The notes under the pieces: generated by a model
Database searches by the model: none
What the model was told of the DNA's origin: nothing
Seen by the model: the letters and a program-made list of their open reading frames with translations, nothing else
Assembly (NCBI GenBank): GCA_030265395.1
Contig: JARFYF010000074.1
Coordinates: 45,236,645-45,300,644, forward strand
Length of the DNA stretch: 64,000 bases
Reading direction: 5' to 3'
DNA from: Rhina ancylostomus
Lineage: Eukaryota
Position numbers and translations under genes: made by a program
Shown here: in pieces, positions 14,301 through 29,300 of the stretch
Numbering within the stretch: the first letter of the stretch is position 1
Layout of the letters: each line of letters begins with the position of its first letter

Positions 14301-17300
14301 AAGGAGTTACACCAAACGTCTATAAAACACTGGTTTACCCACAAGCCGAGTACTATGTCCAGTTATAAAGAAAGGACCTCCAGGCCTTGGAGAGGGTGTG
14401 CAGAAAAGTTTTGGTGGAATATTCCTCGGGATCAGAGACTGCAGTTGTGTGTTTGAGCTTGTTCTCCTTGGAGCAGAGAAAAGTGAGCAATGTTTGATGC
14501 AAGTGATCAAAATCATCAAGGGTCCGGACTGAATAAATAAAGAGAAACTGCTTCCATTGGTAGAAGGTCAAAACCCTAGTAAAAGAAGCAACAGTGACAC
14601 AAGAGAAATCTTATTTTGCACTGTGATTCAGTGCATATATGTGCTGTGAATGTAAATTCAATAGTCATTTTCAGAAATTGGTTACATGCTTGAGGGAAGA
14701 AAATTGCTGGGCTGTCAAGAAAGAGGTGAAGAATGGGAATAACTGGATTGCTCCTGCACAGAGCTAACACATTCTTGATGGGCTGAAAGGCTTACCTATG
14801 TTCTATAACATTTTTGTGATTGTTGTTGCCCTCCTGGATCAATTTCCCAACTCTGTGAAATTGACCCTCTATCAACTAAATATTTTTATTCTACATTTCT
14901 CCAGCACCCACTCACTCCATTTACTCTAGATGAAACCTCTCACCCACTTGTTCAGAGTGGCCTCGTCCTCCCTGTCTCTGAAATCTCTTCCTGCCCTACA
15001 AAGGAGAATCTGAACCCCCAGCTCTGGCCTCTTGTCCATCCTTGCCCCATTGTTAGCAGCTTTGAACTCAGTCATCAAGGGAAACTGGAATTTCTCTCCT
15101 AACCTCCTCTGCCACTTCACCTTTCATGGACGCCTACTTCAAAGTTTCCCCTCAAAAATTCAATGATGCTTTTGAATACCCCCTTCTTTGGCACCATGGC
15201 AATGAATTTGCATCAAATTCCATACTCTGAATCATTTGGAGATGTTTTGCTATTTAATTGCAAGGTACTTTTAAAAAGAAAGCTGTCCTGGCACGCAAGT
15301 AACATTAATAAAGTAACATTTTGAGATTTTCTTTCAGGCTCAGTGATTTATGTGATTCTGAACCGATTTGTACAGTAATGTAATCTAGTCTGACGTACAC
15401 CATCTGCTATGAAAGTCCAAGCTGTCAAACAGCAACTCACACTGACTTCAGTTTTTATCCCAAGCACAGTCCCTCTCCTTCCTACCAGCCTCCTACTGCT
15501 GTCACCCCAGCCTCAATCACTGTACCATGGTGAGAAAACAGTCTTATGCGACAAAGTAGAGAGGATTTATTCTGTTGGATTAATGTCACTTTAAAAGGCA
15601 GTGGTTGTTCTTTTTAAAATGGCATCAGGCTGCTGTGCCTCTTGGATGCCTTTAAAGTAATTCCCTTTGATCTGTACTTTAATTGGCACTCCACAGGCTA
15701 TTTTATGTGACTGGTTGAAATGTAAATAGCCTTCAATGGATCGTTTAAAAATGTTTTAAATATTTGTCTGTGCCCTAAGTCGGTTGAAGCTTTATTGCAA
15801 ACTCATTATGCTGTGTGGATGTCTGAGACTGTATTGCTAAATGTGTGATCTAATATTTTTGGTATTGTTGCCTGGAGGTGCATTTTAGCATGAATAAATT
15901 ATCTGCCTGAAATACCGAGCTCTTTGATCTCGAGCTAGCTGAGTAAGTGAAGCTCCATTAAAATTGAATTTTATTTAGACTGTTTGGTGCTGGCACATTC
16001 AGCAAAGTAAAAGAAGAATGATGTCTAATCTGGAAGGCTTTGTATTAAGCACAGGGAAAAGGTCACTGACATTGTTTTGCCTGCATGAAGCAAGCCCTAG
16101 CCAACACTAAGGTACATGCTGATAAATGGCAAGTGACATTCATTCCAGTGAAGTGCCAGGCAATGAACATTACCAGTGAGGGAGACTATAAGCCAACTGC
16201 TGCTGACATTCAATAGCAATACTATCACAAGCTGCACTGTCAAAGCACTGGGAGTCACAATTATCCAGGAAGTTTACTGGTCAGATCAGAGCCTGGGTAT
16301 CTTACACCCTTGACTCGAGTTCAGTACCCCAATGTTTTCTACTGTCGACAAGGCACAAGTCAAGGATTGAATACTCTTCACTTGCCTGGATGTGTGCAGC
16401 TGCAACAATGATAAAGAGTCACGGCATTATCCAGCACTATGTTTGATTGCTCACTCACCGATCCCACTGATCATTCATTCTTTCCACCACCAATGGACTG
16501 TGGTTGCAGTGTAGACAATCTATAAAATGAGGTGCAATTACTTACCAACGCTACTCCAGTAACTCCCAAACCTGCAACCTTTATCACAAAGGCAGCAGGC
16601 AAATGTTGTTCTCTAAGTAGCACACCAGCTTGAATTCAAAATGTATCATCCATTTTTCACTGTCATTGGATGTTTAAATCTGGGAACTTCCTGCCCAACA
16701 GCATCAAGCATTTACCTTCACTAAAAGCTATTATGGTTCAGGATAAAGCTTTCTCAAGGGCAATAAGGGATGGGTAATATATGTTGGTCTTGTCAGCAGT
16801 GTCCATGTTTCATACATGAAAAGAAACTTGGGAATAAGATCTTATTTTTCGTGTTAACATCAAAAAACTAATTCAGTTTATTAGAGCTTTTTAAAAAAAT
16901 TGAGAAAAGATAAGCCAACCCTCATTAGCATATCCATGGCAGTATTACTCTTATCTCTGAATTGAAATTGGGAGGAGAAAGAATGAGATGTAATGCAAAA
17001 TCCAATGCGCAAAGTTAATCCAAAGTAGAGTATTTGTTACCTCAACCAAAGAGGGAAATCTCTCTCACAAAGATCAGATGAATTTTAGGGGCAAGGGATA
17101 ATGACATTAGAATGTTTGTTTGGTATTGTTTTCCGTGATGGGGGAAAAATAATTTCTTAATGCTGGAAAGTGAGATTTTAAACTATTGGATATCTAGGCA
17201 TCTCTTTTTTTAAAAATATGTCTTGTTTCATCATCATTTCATTAATACAAACATTCTTACAGGGCTTGACAGGGTCGATGAGGGTTTGTTTACTCTGGCT

Positions 17301-20300
17301 GAGATGTCTAGAACCTGGGCCCACAGTCTCAAAATAAGTGGTCAGCCATTCAGGACTAAGATGAGAAGAAACTTCTTCACCCACAGGGTGGTAAATCTTT
17401 TAATTCAACCACCCAAGAGGGCTGTGGAGATGAGATGAGATGATGAGATATCTTTATTAGTCACATGTACATCGAAACACACAGTGAAATACATCTTTTG
17501 CATAGAGTGTTCTTGGGGCAGCCTGCAAGTGTCGCTGAGGGCTATGGAGGCTAAGTTCACCATTAATATGTTTTTAGATATTAAAGAAATCAAGGGATAT
17601 GGAATTAATTCAGAAAAGTGGAGCTGAGGTAAAAGACCAGCCAAATGACAAGAGTAGGCACAATGGGCTGAATGGCCTAGTCTTTCTGTTTCTTATGTTA
17701 TCATATTCTTTCTTTGCCCTTCCCTGTCAGTATGTCTGTTCACCTGGGTCATCCCCTTGCTGTGATGTAGTAATGATCCAACAACCAGAGTTTCACACTG
17801 GCGGCTGATATTTGTTTACTGGCCTTGCATGAACACATTATGACTATGAAATATAGCTTGCTGAAGTGAACCAAGTAAACTTGAGCAACCGATGGTGTAG
17901 AGCCTCAGATCCCAGCTTTCTCCTGCCTTTCATAAGCTAAAATGTCACACTTCCTGCTGAATTTTTATTTAGCTGAGACTTGAGCTGTGCAGACAGGTCC
18001 TGGTCTTTGTTTAATTCTGACAAGCCCATCAATAAAGCAAGGAATTTGTGGAGTGACTGGCTAATCCCTCAGATGTGTATTGACTAAGACCTATTTGCTG
18101 GCCATGTTATTTCAAATGATGACTCGGCTCTGTGGAAAGACCATGGTAATTTTGCAGTTTCAAATATAAACAGTATTTGTTATGTGCTCTTAACGTCTCT
18201 GACAAGTTTTTCCTTCTCATTGTTCAGCGGGTGGTCTTCAGGAAATTGCCACAAAGTTTGACAATCAAAGTGTGATGTATGGATTCTGCAGCATCAAGGA
18301 CTCTGGTTCTGGCCTGCCCAAATATGTCCTGATAAACTGGGTATGTCATTTTTCATTTCAGTTGCACTGTTTTTAATGGATGCAAATCATCAACAATTAA
18401 TGTTCCAGATTATACTGAGTAAGGACAAGACTGCAAGCGTTCACGCTGAGACTGATAGGAACAAAGGTTTTTAGGCTTGTGTGGAAATCCCAAAGTTGAG
18501 GGGGTGAGTGAACCAGTGTAAATTTGCAGACTGTGCTGTTTGGACCCTTTGTCAGTAGAACTGAAGGAAATCACTTCCCTTTCAGATGTATCCAGAAACA
18601 CTTGCATTTAGTTGCATTAGGTCAAGAAAATTTTTAGGTAATAATTATTGCTTATGACCTATCTGGCCCTAAAAAATATCATGAACAGTAAGTTCCTAGC
18701 ATGTCAGTGATGGGCAGCCTGCTGTTACTGCTGACCTACAAAAAGTCTTCAGACTTGCCTTGTGCAATCCTCTGGCTGAAAGAAGCTACTGCCCACTGCA
18801 GCTTATTTAGAATGGTTCAACACTTAACAGTAAGCACTGCTGCTTGATGGCTTCAGGGTTCAATCCTAACCTCTGCTCCTGTATGTATTGAGTTTGCACG
18901 TTCTCCCTGCTGCTGGGTAGGTTTTCTCCCACGTCCCAAAAGTGTGCTGGTAAGTTAATGGGTTACTGTCAATTACCTGGTGGTTAACTGGCAAAAGAAT
19001 TGAAGACGAGATCATGAGCATGTGAGAGAGAATAAGTTGGTACATGGAAAGTGGGCAGGCAAGACCTATTCACAAAAAGATGGGAAGTAACTGTTTAAAG
19101 AGCTGTGTGAAGTTTTTAAAAGATTTTAAATTATTAAATAAAAAAACGAAAAATAATTGAAAAGTTAGTTGGCTTTAAAGCATTAAAATTAAAACAATTT
19201 TTAAAATCTATGAATACCATTGCTTACTTTGGACCCAAAAATCCTGGTTGTCCTCCAATAAAATGTGTCAGGTCCAATCACTGGTTGTTCATGAAGAAGT
19301 TCCACTGTAAATGTTGGCACACTGGATTCCATGAGGAGTCCGCTGTTGGGCCATGGAGAAAGAATCACTGGCCAACAGCTACGCTGCAGATTTTGGGCTT
19401 CCTCATTTCCACATGCACACATGGAAATCCTGAACTTGCTCTTATGTAGGGAATTGGTGGCAGTTAGCTGCAGAGCTATTGGCACATCTCTGCAAAATAC
19501 CAAATCATTATTTCAAATTTTAAAGAACCTTAAATTAATTTTATAAGTTCATTGCACACTTCAGCTGCTTTAATTATGTGCATTTTCCAACTGAAATTCT
19601 TTATTTTTACCTAACAACATATGATAACAGAAAAAAATAGTTACAGGGATGACTTGAGTTTGTGGGAAATTTCTAAACCATTCCTTACATTATCCTGCAG
19701 TTATCCCAGTAGTGACTCCCTGTTAACTGGGCCTACAGCTCTATGCTGCACCTCTCTCAGTATCCTCTGAAAAACCCAGCAAGCCTCGTTCCATCAGTGA
19801 CCCCCTTCTACTCTTTCACCAACCTCCTGAGGGGGCTAATTTTACCATTCTCCTTCCCATTCAATGTGGACAAGCATTTGATGTGAGAGTGACCAGAGAG
19901 ATAAATTCCCTATAATCTGCTGCATATGAAGTTGTATATTTTAGTTAAACCATTGCTTTGGTGGGGCTTTCACCTTTTAAATCTTTTCCTTAGGTGGGTG
20001 AAGATGTGGATGATCATCGAAAATGTACATGTGCTAGTCACGTGCCCACAATTGCAGACTTCTTCCAGGCAAGCGTGCTTCTTTGTGTACTTCTGCATAC
20101 CCATCATTATGTCTAAGTAAACTGTCCCAGATATAATTCAGTCATTGACAATGACTTGTTAGATCAGGGAAATGCAATTCCTTCACAATTATTCACTTCT
20201 ACATTGTCCACTTTTGTAGAATGCATTGAATGAGATCTACTCATCAACTGTTTAGTGCTTACTTGTTAAATCTTAGTCTGCTGCAGATGATTAAACAGAA

Positions 20301-23300
20301 TGATTAAAATGAGAGAAAAACATCAAATGTAAAAGATATTTCAGCTTGATCATTGGGAGCTGCTGCTAGATACAATTGCCGTTGTTATGAAGTGTGAACC
20401 TTCAAATGAATAATTAAAAGGTTTAGAAACTTTTAGACTGTTGTGAAAAATATATGCCTTTAAGGATCCAGGATATGATGCTATGTGCCTGTGATGCTGT
20501 TGCAAGTAAATTTTTCATTACACCTGTGCATACATGTACTTGTGCATGTGATAATAAAACTCGACTTTGACTTTCACTTTGACTTTTAAATCTTCTGGCT
20601 ATTGCTAACTAGAGCTGGGATGTATAGAGCTGGTGGAGGAGTTAGTCTAGTTATGGCGCAATGATGTTTTGTTTTGAGCTCTCACTTGTTATGCAGTGAT
20701 CTCTGCAGAATTGCAGGAATATTGATGTCAGGGCTCAGCTGCAGTACACTACATGTGAAATATCCGACTGATGCTTGCTGTCAAGGCTCATATATGAAGC
20801 CTAACTACTTGTGCATGTAAAAAGGAAGCAGCAATAGGTCATTTAGCTGTACAAGCAGAAATTACTACTCATTTAGATCATGGGTGATATTCTTTGTTTT
20901 CTTATTCTAATACATAAGGAGCCCATTCATCCCATTTAATCTATACTGGCTCTGAGTATTCCCATCTGAGTCCTTTCCCCAATTATTTCCTTGTAGCCTT
21001 TTCTCACTCGGTGTCTATCGGCTCCCCTAATTCTCTTACTGCCCACCTACACTCGGGGTAATTTATAATAATCAATTAACCCACAGCACATCTTTGGGAT
21101 AGGGGAAAAAATCTGAACACACAGGGAAGCTCACAAAGTCACTGAGCGAATGTACAAACTCCATGGACACAGCATTTGAAATTGGAATCAAACTTGGGTC
21201 GCTGGTGTTGTACAGCAGGAGCACTAGCAGCTAAATCATTGTGCCATGGTATTCTGTCTCCATGTCCCTTAAATTATTTAGTATCCAAGAATGTATTGTT
21301 CATGTTCTGAAAAATACACAAGCATTCGTTGTCTTCTGGGATAGAGAATTCCAAAGGTGCTTTGAGTGAAGAAATTTCTCTTCATTTAATTTCAATCCTA
21401 AGTACTCAACTCTTTATTTGAGATAGTGACCCTAGTGTAAGTCATCTTATCCAGGGGTAACATCTATCATATAAGGATATGCGTGTTTGCAAAATATCAC
21501 CTTTCTAAACTTTAGGAAATATGGACACGGTCCAATCAATCTGTCCACTTAGCACAATTGTCTGATCTCATAAATTTATTTTAGAGAATCTACATTGCGC
21601 TACTTAAATCCTTCCTTGGGTAAGTAGGCTAAATTGCACACAGTATTCCAGTAGTCAAGAGCCCATGTAGTTCCTGCTTGTATGCTCACATCCAGTTTTA
21701 ATAAAGGCTAAAATACATTCCTGAGTGCATTTTGTTCCTGCATGTAAACTTCCTAATATAAATGTAAATACCTCCAAATAACAATATCAAAAAGTCTCTA
21801 ACAATTTAAAAATATTCCACTACTTTATTTTCCCTACCAAAATGTATATTTCTGCACATTTTATTTCATTTGCCACATTTTTGCCTACTCATTTAACCTG
21901 TCTTATCCTTTTGTCCCCTTGTGTTGTCCTGACAACTCATTTTCCTATTTGGCTTTGTATTGTCAGCAATACTTTAATTTTTTTTGGGATCCAGGCATTG
22001 TTGGCAAAGCCAGCATTTAATGCCTATCCCTAACTGCATTCAGAAAGTAATGGTGACCTGCCTTTTTGAATGACTGCAGTACTTCCAGTGAAAGTATTCC
22101 TACACTGCTGTTGGTTAGGATTTAAACCCTGGGATGATAAAGTGCCAGAAATACATTTCCAAATCAGAATGGTGTGCAACTTGGAGGAGAACCCACAGGA
22201 GGTGGTGGAGATTCATCTGCTGTCATTGTCCTTGTTGGGGTGGAGATCCCAGGTTTGAGAGGTATTTGGATACTTTACGTACAGTACCTTCATTGAATAA
22301 ATTTAAGTAGCTGAGCCTCAACTGCTGATCCTTGCAGAATCTGCAAAAATATTTATTCCATAGTCAATTAACCAGTGCCCAGTCTCTTGACTGCTAAGTT
22401 GGTGCCCTCTTGTGTAGTACCTTATTGAATGCTTTATGGAAAGTATTGGCTTTCCCTTATCGACATTCAAAAATTTCTTCACAAGCTTGTTTTCATAAAT
22501 CCGTGTTGACTCAGTCAGTCATATTTTCAGGTGTCCTACTACAATATCTCTGAAGAGAGATCCCTAGCAGTTCCNNNNNNNNNNNNNNNNNNNNNNNNNN
22601 NNNNNNNNNNNNNNNNNNNNNNNNNNNNNNNNNNNNNNNNNNNNNNNNNNNNNNNNNNNNNNNNNNNNNNNNNNTGAAGAGAGATCCCTAGCATTTCCCA
22701 TACCATTGGTGTCAATGCAAAGTAAAGAAGATGAGCAACATTCTCAAGCAAGAATCAGTTCTTTCAAGAGGTGGAGATGACGAAAGAAAAGGGAGGGGAG
22801 GATGTTTTGTACAATACTTTTCAGCTTCCTTAAAAAGTTTGTGCTTAATTTTCACCCTCTTTACCCGCTCTCTTTTCCCAATTCCAATCAGGGGGCAAAT
22901 GTTATTGTTAATGCCAGCAGTCCTGAGGATGTGGATTCCACTGCTATCCGGCAGAAGTTGACTAATGGCACGATGCACGTTTCAAGCCCAGTCTTGCGCC
23001 GACTCCACCTTAAAGAGGATGAAGACTTGCTGGGTCCAGTGGTGAGTGAAAGACAGAGTATCTGACAATAACTAAGGTACGAGGTGCTGGAGGCTGGCAG
23101 TGGAAATCGTGAATGTACAGGTTATTAGTCAACTGCTTTTTAGTTAATAAAAGTTATTAGCTTTAATGTTAAATAAATCCACCACCTTCAAAACCAAGCA
23201 ACCATGGCATTTATTCAAAGAGAGTAGAGCTTGAGTGTAAAATGACCTCTTTACTGTTTTACTGTATTTAACTATTATGTATTGGAAGTTTAATAAGAAT

Positions 23301-26300
23301 AGGAAAGCTTAAATACTCAGTCTGTAGAAATAGCTGGGCTCTAGAGTGGGGTTTTGTGCAAAAAAACTAAACATCTTGGGGATGGGTGTGGTATTAGTAC
23401 TGAGTTGTGTCAAAGCTGAGGTCTGCCTGCAGACAACATCAGAATGTGTGTGAATAGACAGCCAAGGGGTCAATGGTATGGAAAATGTAGCCTTAAAAGT
23501 TTAATTCTTTAAAGTGTGACAACTGTAGTCATAACTCGTTTATCAGTCTCAAAACATTCAACAATGTACAGTATTAGGATTCCTAGTACCTGACTTCATT
23601 GATATTCAGAAGGTTAGCAAAATGTAAATAGGAGGTGTGTAGAACCAGAGATATTTAGCTTCAACTTCCCCTCTCTGTGTCAAATGCCTGTAGATAGGAT
23701 TAAATGGTTAATTATGCAACATTATAAATTTCAAAGTCATATAGTTCCCGCAGAGCAGCTTGTCTTTCAGTGGCAGTAATCTGCATCTTTCAATGACAGT
23801 TGATTTTTTCTTTTCTTTAATGTTTGTTCCCTTGTTGCAGGGAACAACATACCAAAAGACCAATGCTGCAATTGAAATGAAGCGAATCAACCGAGAATTA
23901 TTCTGGGCACAAGCAAAGGTACAACTCACCATAATCATTAGACATTAGACATTACCAGCTGGGGGAAATTTCATATTTGTAAGGAAAAGTTCAGATTTCC
24001 TGTTACCTTTCTGCTACATAGTGTTGTTTCATTAACAAAATTCTTGTCAGAGGAATATAGAGGACTTTTTAAGTCTGGTGGAAGTTAATAGCACTTTTTT
24101 GAGTAACTTTTGCTGACCAGGGCAAGTCTGGGTTTTCTGCATCTGCCCTGATTAGCTGTTTTTCACAGGCCTGATCTGAGTTGTTTGCATTGGTTCCAAA
24201 TCTGTTCATAAATTCAGCCATGCAATCAATAATTTTAAATTATGATTTTACATAAAAATGTACTTTTAAAATTGTTGTGAAACAAAAACAGCAATTGGCA
24301 TCAGTGTGGTAAGTCAATTTCACCTGTGGAACTTTGTTTTTAATTATTGTCTTATTGACTTGGACAACAATTTTCTTAAGAACCAGAGTGGATCTCACAT
24401 TTCATGTCTGATCATCATCACTGCATTTACTTGGAAGTGTGCATCAGGTTGAAGATTGACTTTGAAGATAAGCTATTGAAAATTGTAAATTTGACAATTT
24501 ACAAATTTGACTGTGACTATTAGTGCTGTATAAGTAGTGTGGTATAAAGTATGCTGTTATTATTTGAGGAGATTGGATTAACACAACACTCACAAAATGA
24601 CAATGGTATTTAACCCATTTAATGGTTGGAAAGGATACCATATAATTTATATGATGACAGTAGAAACCAAGATATTTGCCTTTGCCTTTTCATTGGAAGA
24701 CTTGCAAAATAGCATGTTTTCTCAAATCTAGTTTCTGGAGCTACATCAACATCAGCCCAATTCACTGTGTCTCCATTTTTATTTTTTGAAAATGCCGGAT
24801 ACTGTCATCAGAATGCAGGGAAGTCTTTCAGTAACCTCAGATGAACCTTGCAAGCAAATGACACAAACTATAAACATGGCTTCACCATGACTGATATTTT
24901 CCCTCTTCTGCTAAATTTTCCTTCTACCAGTGTATTTGAGATATCAGGGATGAATCTCTGACTTAATTAATTGTCCAGATGAAAGTTAATAATTAGAATA
25001 TTAGCAATTAAAGTGAAATTTGAATAGTAAATGCTTTAAGACTCAGAAGCTCAGGCAGCACCTGTGGAGAAAAAAACAAAATTAATGTCTCAGGTTGAAG
25101 ATACCTTGGGCTGAGATCCTCTTTCTCTCTATGGAGCTATTGAGATAGAGGATCAGCTGTTCTACAGTGGAACAAGGCTTGAAGGGCCAAATGGCCTCCT
25201 CCTATTTTTCTGTTTCTGTGAAAATCAATAAAAACTGCGGATGTTGGAAATCTGAAATAAAAACAGAAAATGCAACCTTGAAGTTCTAATGAAAAGTCCC
25301 AGATTTGAATAATTAACTATTTCTCTTTCCACTGTGCAGCATGCCCTGGTGAGTTTTCCAGCATTTTCTGATTTTATTTCTGTTTGTCCTGTTAATGCAA
25401 AATCATTTTTCTTCCATTAAGTATGAAGTGGCTTCCATTCCCTCTTGAAGAGTGCACCATTCATTCCTCTTGAACAACTGCAGTGTGTTATTTCTAATCT
25501 CACATGTTTTTACTATTTCCCCTTCTCTAGAGAGAGGAGGAGCTGAGAAAAGAAGAGGAGCGCAAGAAGGTGATTGAAGAAAGAGAAAAATTTGAGAGAG
25601 AGAGAATGGAGCAAGAGAAGAAAGAACAAGAAGATAGAGAGCAAAGATACAGAGAACGAGAGAAACAGATAGAAGAAGAAAGGTATGGTTGATGCTTGGA
25701 ATGCATGTTCCAGACATGTGGGTAGTGGAAAATTATCTTGAAGTCAGTGCTGTGAGTTGCTGAATGCTTGATGTCTGTTTCCTAGAGTTAATCACCTCTG
25801 CACAGTAAAGCTATACTTTAAGAATGGCACTCTCGCTTTGAGATGGCTGCTAATAATTCAGTGATTTTGAAGAGCAGAAAGAATAACAGCATGGAATGAT
25901 TATAGACTGTTGTATTTTGCTTTAAAGGGTGCTGGGATCTTGTGAGTTTTGTGACATCATCGAATGACAAATGGAAATACTTCCTCTAAGCTATTGTAAT
26001 CTTTTAAATTGTTACTAATTGTTAGGTGATTCAAATTGCAAAAGCACTTTTGCCTCTACATTTTGCTTGAATATCCTTGTGCAAAGGAAGTCAGGGATAT
26101 AGGAGAATAAATTGATAGTCACACAGGAATAGCAGTATCCAATCAACCCATGTCTGTTGATTGATATCTATACATTGCCTGCTGATAAGCATGAATGCTG
26201 TATGTAATTAGTTCCAATGTCATTCTTCATTGGCTGCACACATCAGCAGGAAGCCTAAAGTCATAACTTGCTGGCACTACTTCAAGTTGGGAGATGTGGA

Positions 26301-29300
26301 TTGTGCCTGGGGAGATGTGGATTGTGCCTGAAGAGATGCAGGAAGTGAATCTGACCTGAGAAACAGTGAAGGATAGTACAACGTGAGAGATTGTGAGCAC
26401 TAAAGTTTTAAGGAAGGAGAAGATGCCCAATATCTACACGGTGGTACATCAGACCCACAGTTAATAGCTACTGGGAGCAAATAGCTATGGAGGTCAATGA
26501 CAGGTCTAGCCCTGAGACCTGGATGTGTCCTAATCTTTAAGTATGTTCAGTCCCTTTAAGTAGCATTGGTGGCGGGTTCTGTGCGAGGCTGGCCAACATC
26601 ATAAGCTGGAGAATGGAACTCCAGAATGGTAGAACTGGTGCCAAATCAGCATGTCCACTAGTCAATGACATGATCTGCCTACTCTATAAACATTCAGTGT
26701 TTGTTAGCTTTATATGCACTGGTGCTTTCACCCTGAAGGCATGTGGCAGGATACATTCTGTGCATGGTTTTGGCAAGTACGTAATGTTACCTATTTACTT
26801 GACCAGCAACTATAGCACCAAACATTAGGCGCTGCCAAAGTCAATTTTGGACCACAGGAGTGTTCAGTTGGACAGCTGGTTAGTCCAACCTGCCAGGCAG
26901 ACCTGAGATATCTCCAAGTTTGAGAGAAAATTGTTCTCAGAGTGTTGTTGCATATCTCTGAGTTCTTGGCATAGTGCAAGTTATTGGCTGCTTACTCCCT
27001 GACATTACACTTTATTTTTTCAACATTCTGTTCATATTTTGTCTTATTGCACGTTTGTGCATCTGCATCTGCTTCAAGTTCTTATAAATACTGAATGCCA
27101 GAAACTTGATATGTTACTCCAAATCTAGCTGCTTCCTCCTCTGGTCCAAAACCAGTGACTTACTGCTCTTGTCCTGAACCCAATTTGTCATGTGGTACCT
27201 TTGATTTTAAAAGTATTCTGAATTAATTTATGTTTTCATTAAGAAGTTAATTTAGTTAGTGCTGTTAAAACAGCTATTTATCCCACAATATGGTTTAAGA
27301 TGGGAAGCTTTTTGCACCTGTTTGGAATATTATATTAACATAATGGTTCTACGTGGGAAAAGGAGAGGCAGGAATGGATATCATCACAACACTTATTTAA
27401 CCTGTACAGTGTATTCACTGATAAAAGGAGCACTGGAGTAGGCTGAGGTAGGAATCGAGATGAGAGATTCAAAAACATCAGCAATCTAAGTATGCAAATG
27501 GTACCACTGTATTACTGCAAGCAAAACCCGTGAAAGGCAAAGTTGGGAGTGTGGGAATTGGTCTGTATGAAAGATCAAGAACGCAAAAGTTTATGCCATC
27601 CAGAACTCCAAACAGATTTATGTTTTGGCATATAAATGTCAGACATTAGAGATGTAATGTGGTGAAATGGAGGAATAGAGAAGGCAATTCTGCTTGGCAA
27701 ATTGGAAGGAAGCAAAGAAAGAGGAAGATGGTCAACACTCATAAGTATATCTGCAGTATCCTTGAGATGTAGTTGGCGATAGATTGTTATGGAGAGAATG
27801 GACTCAAAATTTCCTTGCACAACTCCACAAAAGAACTGGGCTGTGCAGCTGCAAATCAGCATAACCCAAGGAGAGCAGTATTGTACACATTTCTTAGTGT
27901 CTGACCACCTACTGGGAAATTTAACTCCTGACCTCTCAGTGGGACTTTGATTTGTCCTTTGACCTTTTCTCTGGTGTCAGCAGTTGTGCAACACCTTAAG
28001 CATGTCTCCATTGTTATTTTACAGCCTAAGTGATCTGCAAAACAACAGTTTTTATTCACTCACTGAACAACCAGATTTTTCCCACTCCATTTTTCCTGAA
28101 ACCATGCTTATTAAAGGACCAAGGCTTAAACTGCATCTTTGTCCTGACTGAGATCAGTGACCTCCTGCAACCTCACAGTTGTCCCTGTCTGCTTTCTCTG
28201 CGAAGTTCAAGGTCGTAATAACTTTCGGCTTTCTAATTTCATGGTCATTCCAGGTTGCTGCTGCTGATCTATTGCCACATCTCACTGCTTGTTGCTCATT
28301 AGTTAGGTACTCTGTACTCTAGCCAGGAGAACCTGTAAATTTTCTTCCACATATGGGAACAGGGAGCCATGTGTGGACATTGCCAGAATTGCAGACTTTC
28401 TCAAACTGCAGATGTTCATCAACTCTCTTTCTTGCAGAAACCTCCCTGGTAACTGCCAGCCAAGGGCAACGGGTTGTAGTGTTGGAGGACCTCCATAGCT
28501 CCTTGCATTTCAATAAGAAAACATGCCTCCAATGGTTATCATCCTGACCTGGTCCTCCTAATTCATTTGGACCATTCTCTTGCCCTTCTCCCATCACTAC
28601 AGCATCCATTCATTAAGAAGCAACATTCTCATACAGCTATAAAAGAGTTACTTATGGTACATTCCTTTCAGAATAGCCTACAGAGATCACATCTCCTGGA
28701 CTAATTGCTGGCAGCTGAGAGAAATTGAGTTGAAGATCTCAATTAATAGAAACACATGACATTGATCTGACAACATTAAATGGTTGTCAGTAATTTCTAG
28801 GCTAGTTGGTCTACTGGGTTGCTAGGAGTTGACCCTGGCTCAATAACATTTTGATGTTACAGGCCGCAAATGAATTGGATGAAATTAAAAATTTTGGAAG
28901 AATCATTTGTTACTTAATGATGAATCTGTAAAATTTTGAAGTTTTTAAAATTTTAATGTCACTAAAATGGTAGAAAGGTTATTGGTGTGAGATGCTTTGT
29001 ACTGAGTATTTACCATTGTATTCTAAACTTCATTAAAAATTCCTCTTGTATGCTTTTTCCCCTTCATGATCCTTTAATATTTTAATTATAATGATATATT
29101 ACTTGTTCATCTTTATTTCTGCAAATAGGTATTTTATAATGATCGATAAATGCATGGGCTGGTATCTAGTTTTTGCCACTTTTCCTGGAGTCCACAGTGT
29201 CATTCCACTGGGTTAGTTTCTTTATACTGCAGGTTTTAGAGTTTTTACCATTTTGTAATGCAGTGAAAGTGAACAACAATGAACCAATCAACATGACTGT

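Noticed and set aside
22551-22698. 24-bp direct repeat on both sides of a 100-N gap
   Set aside because: Most likely unmerged overlapping contig ends (one mismatch, possibly allelic). A TSD around an unassembled insertion cannot be shown.
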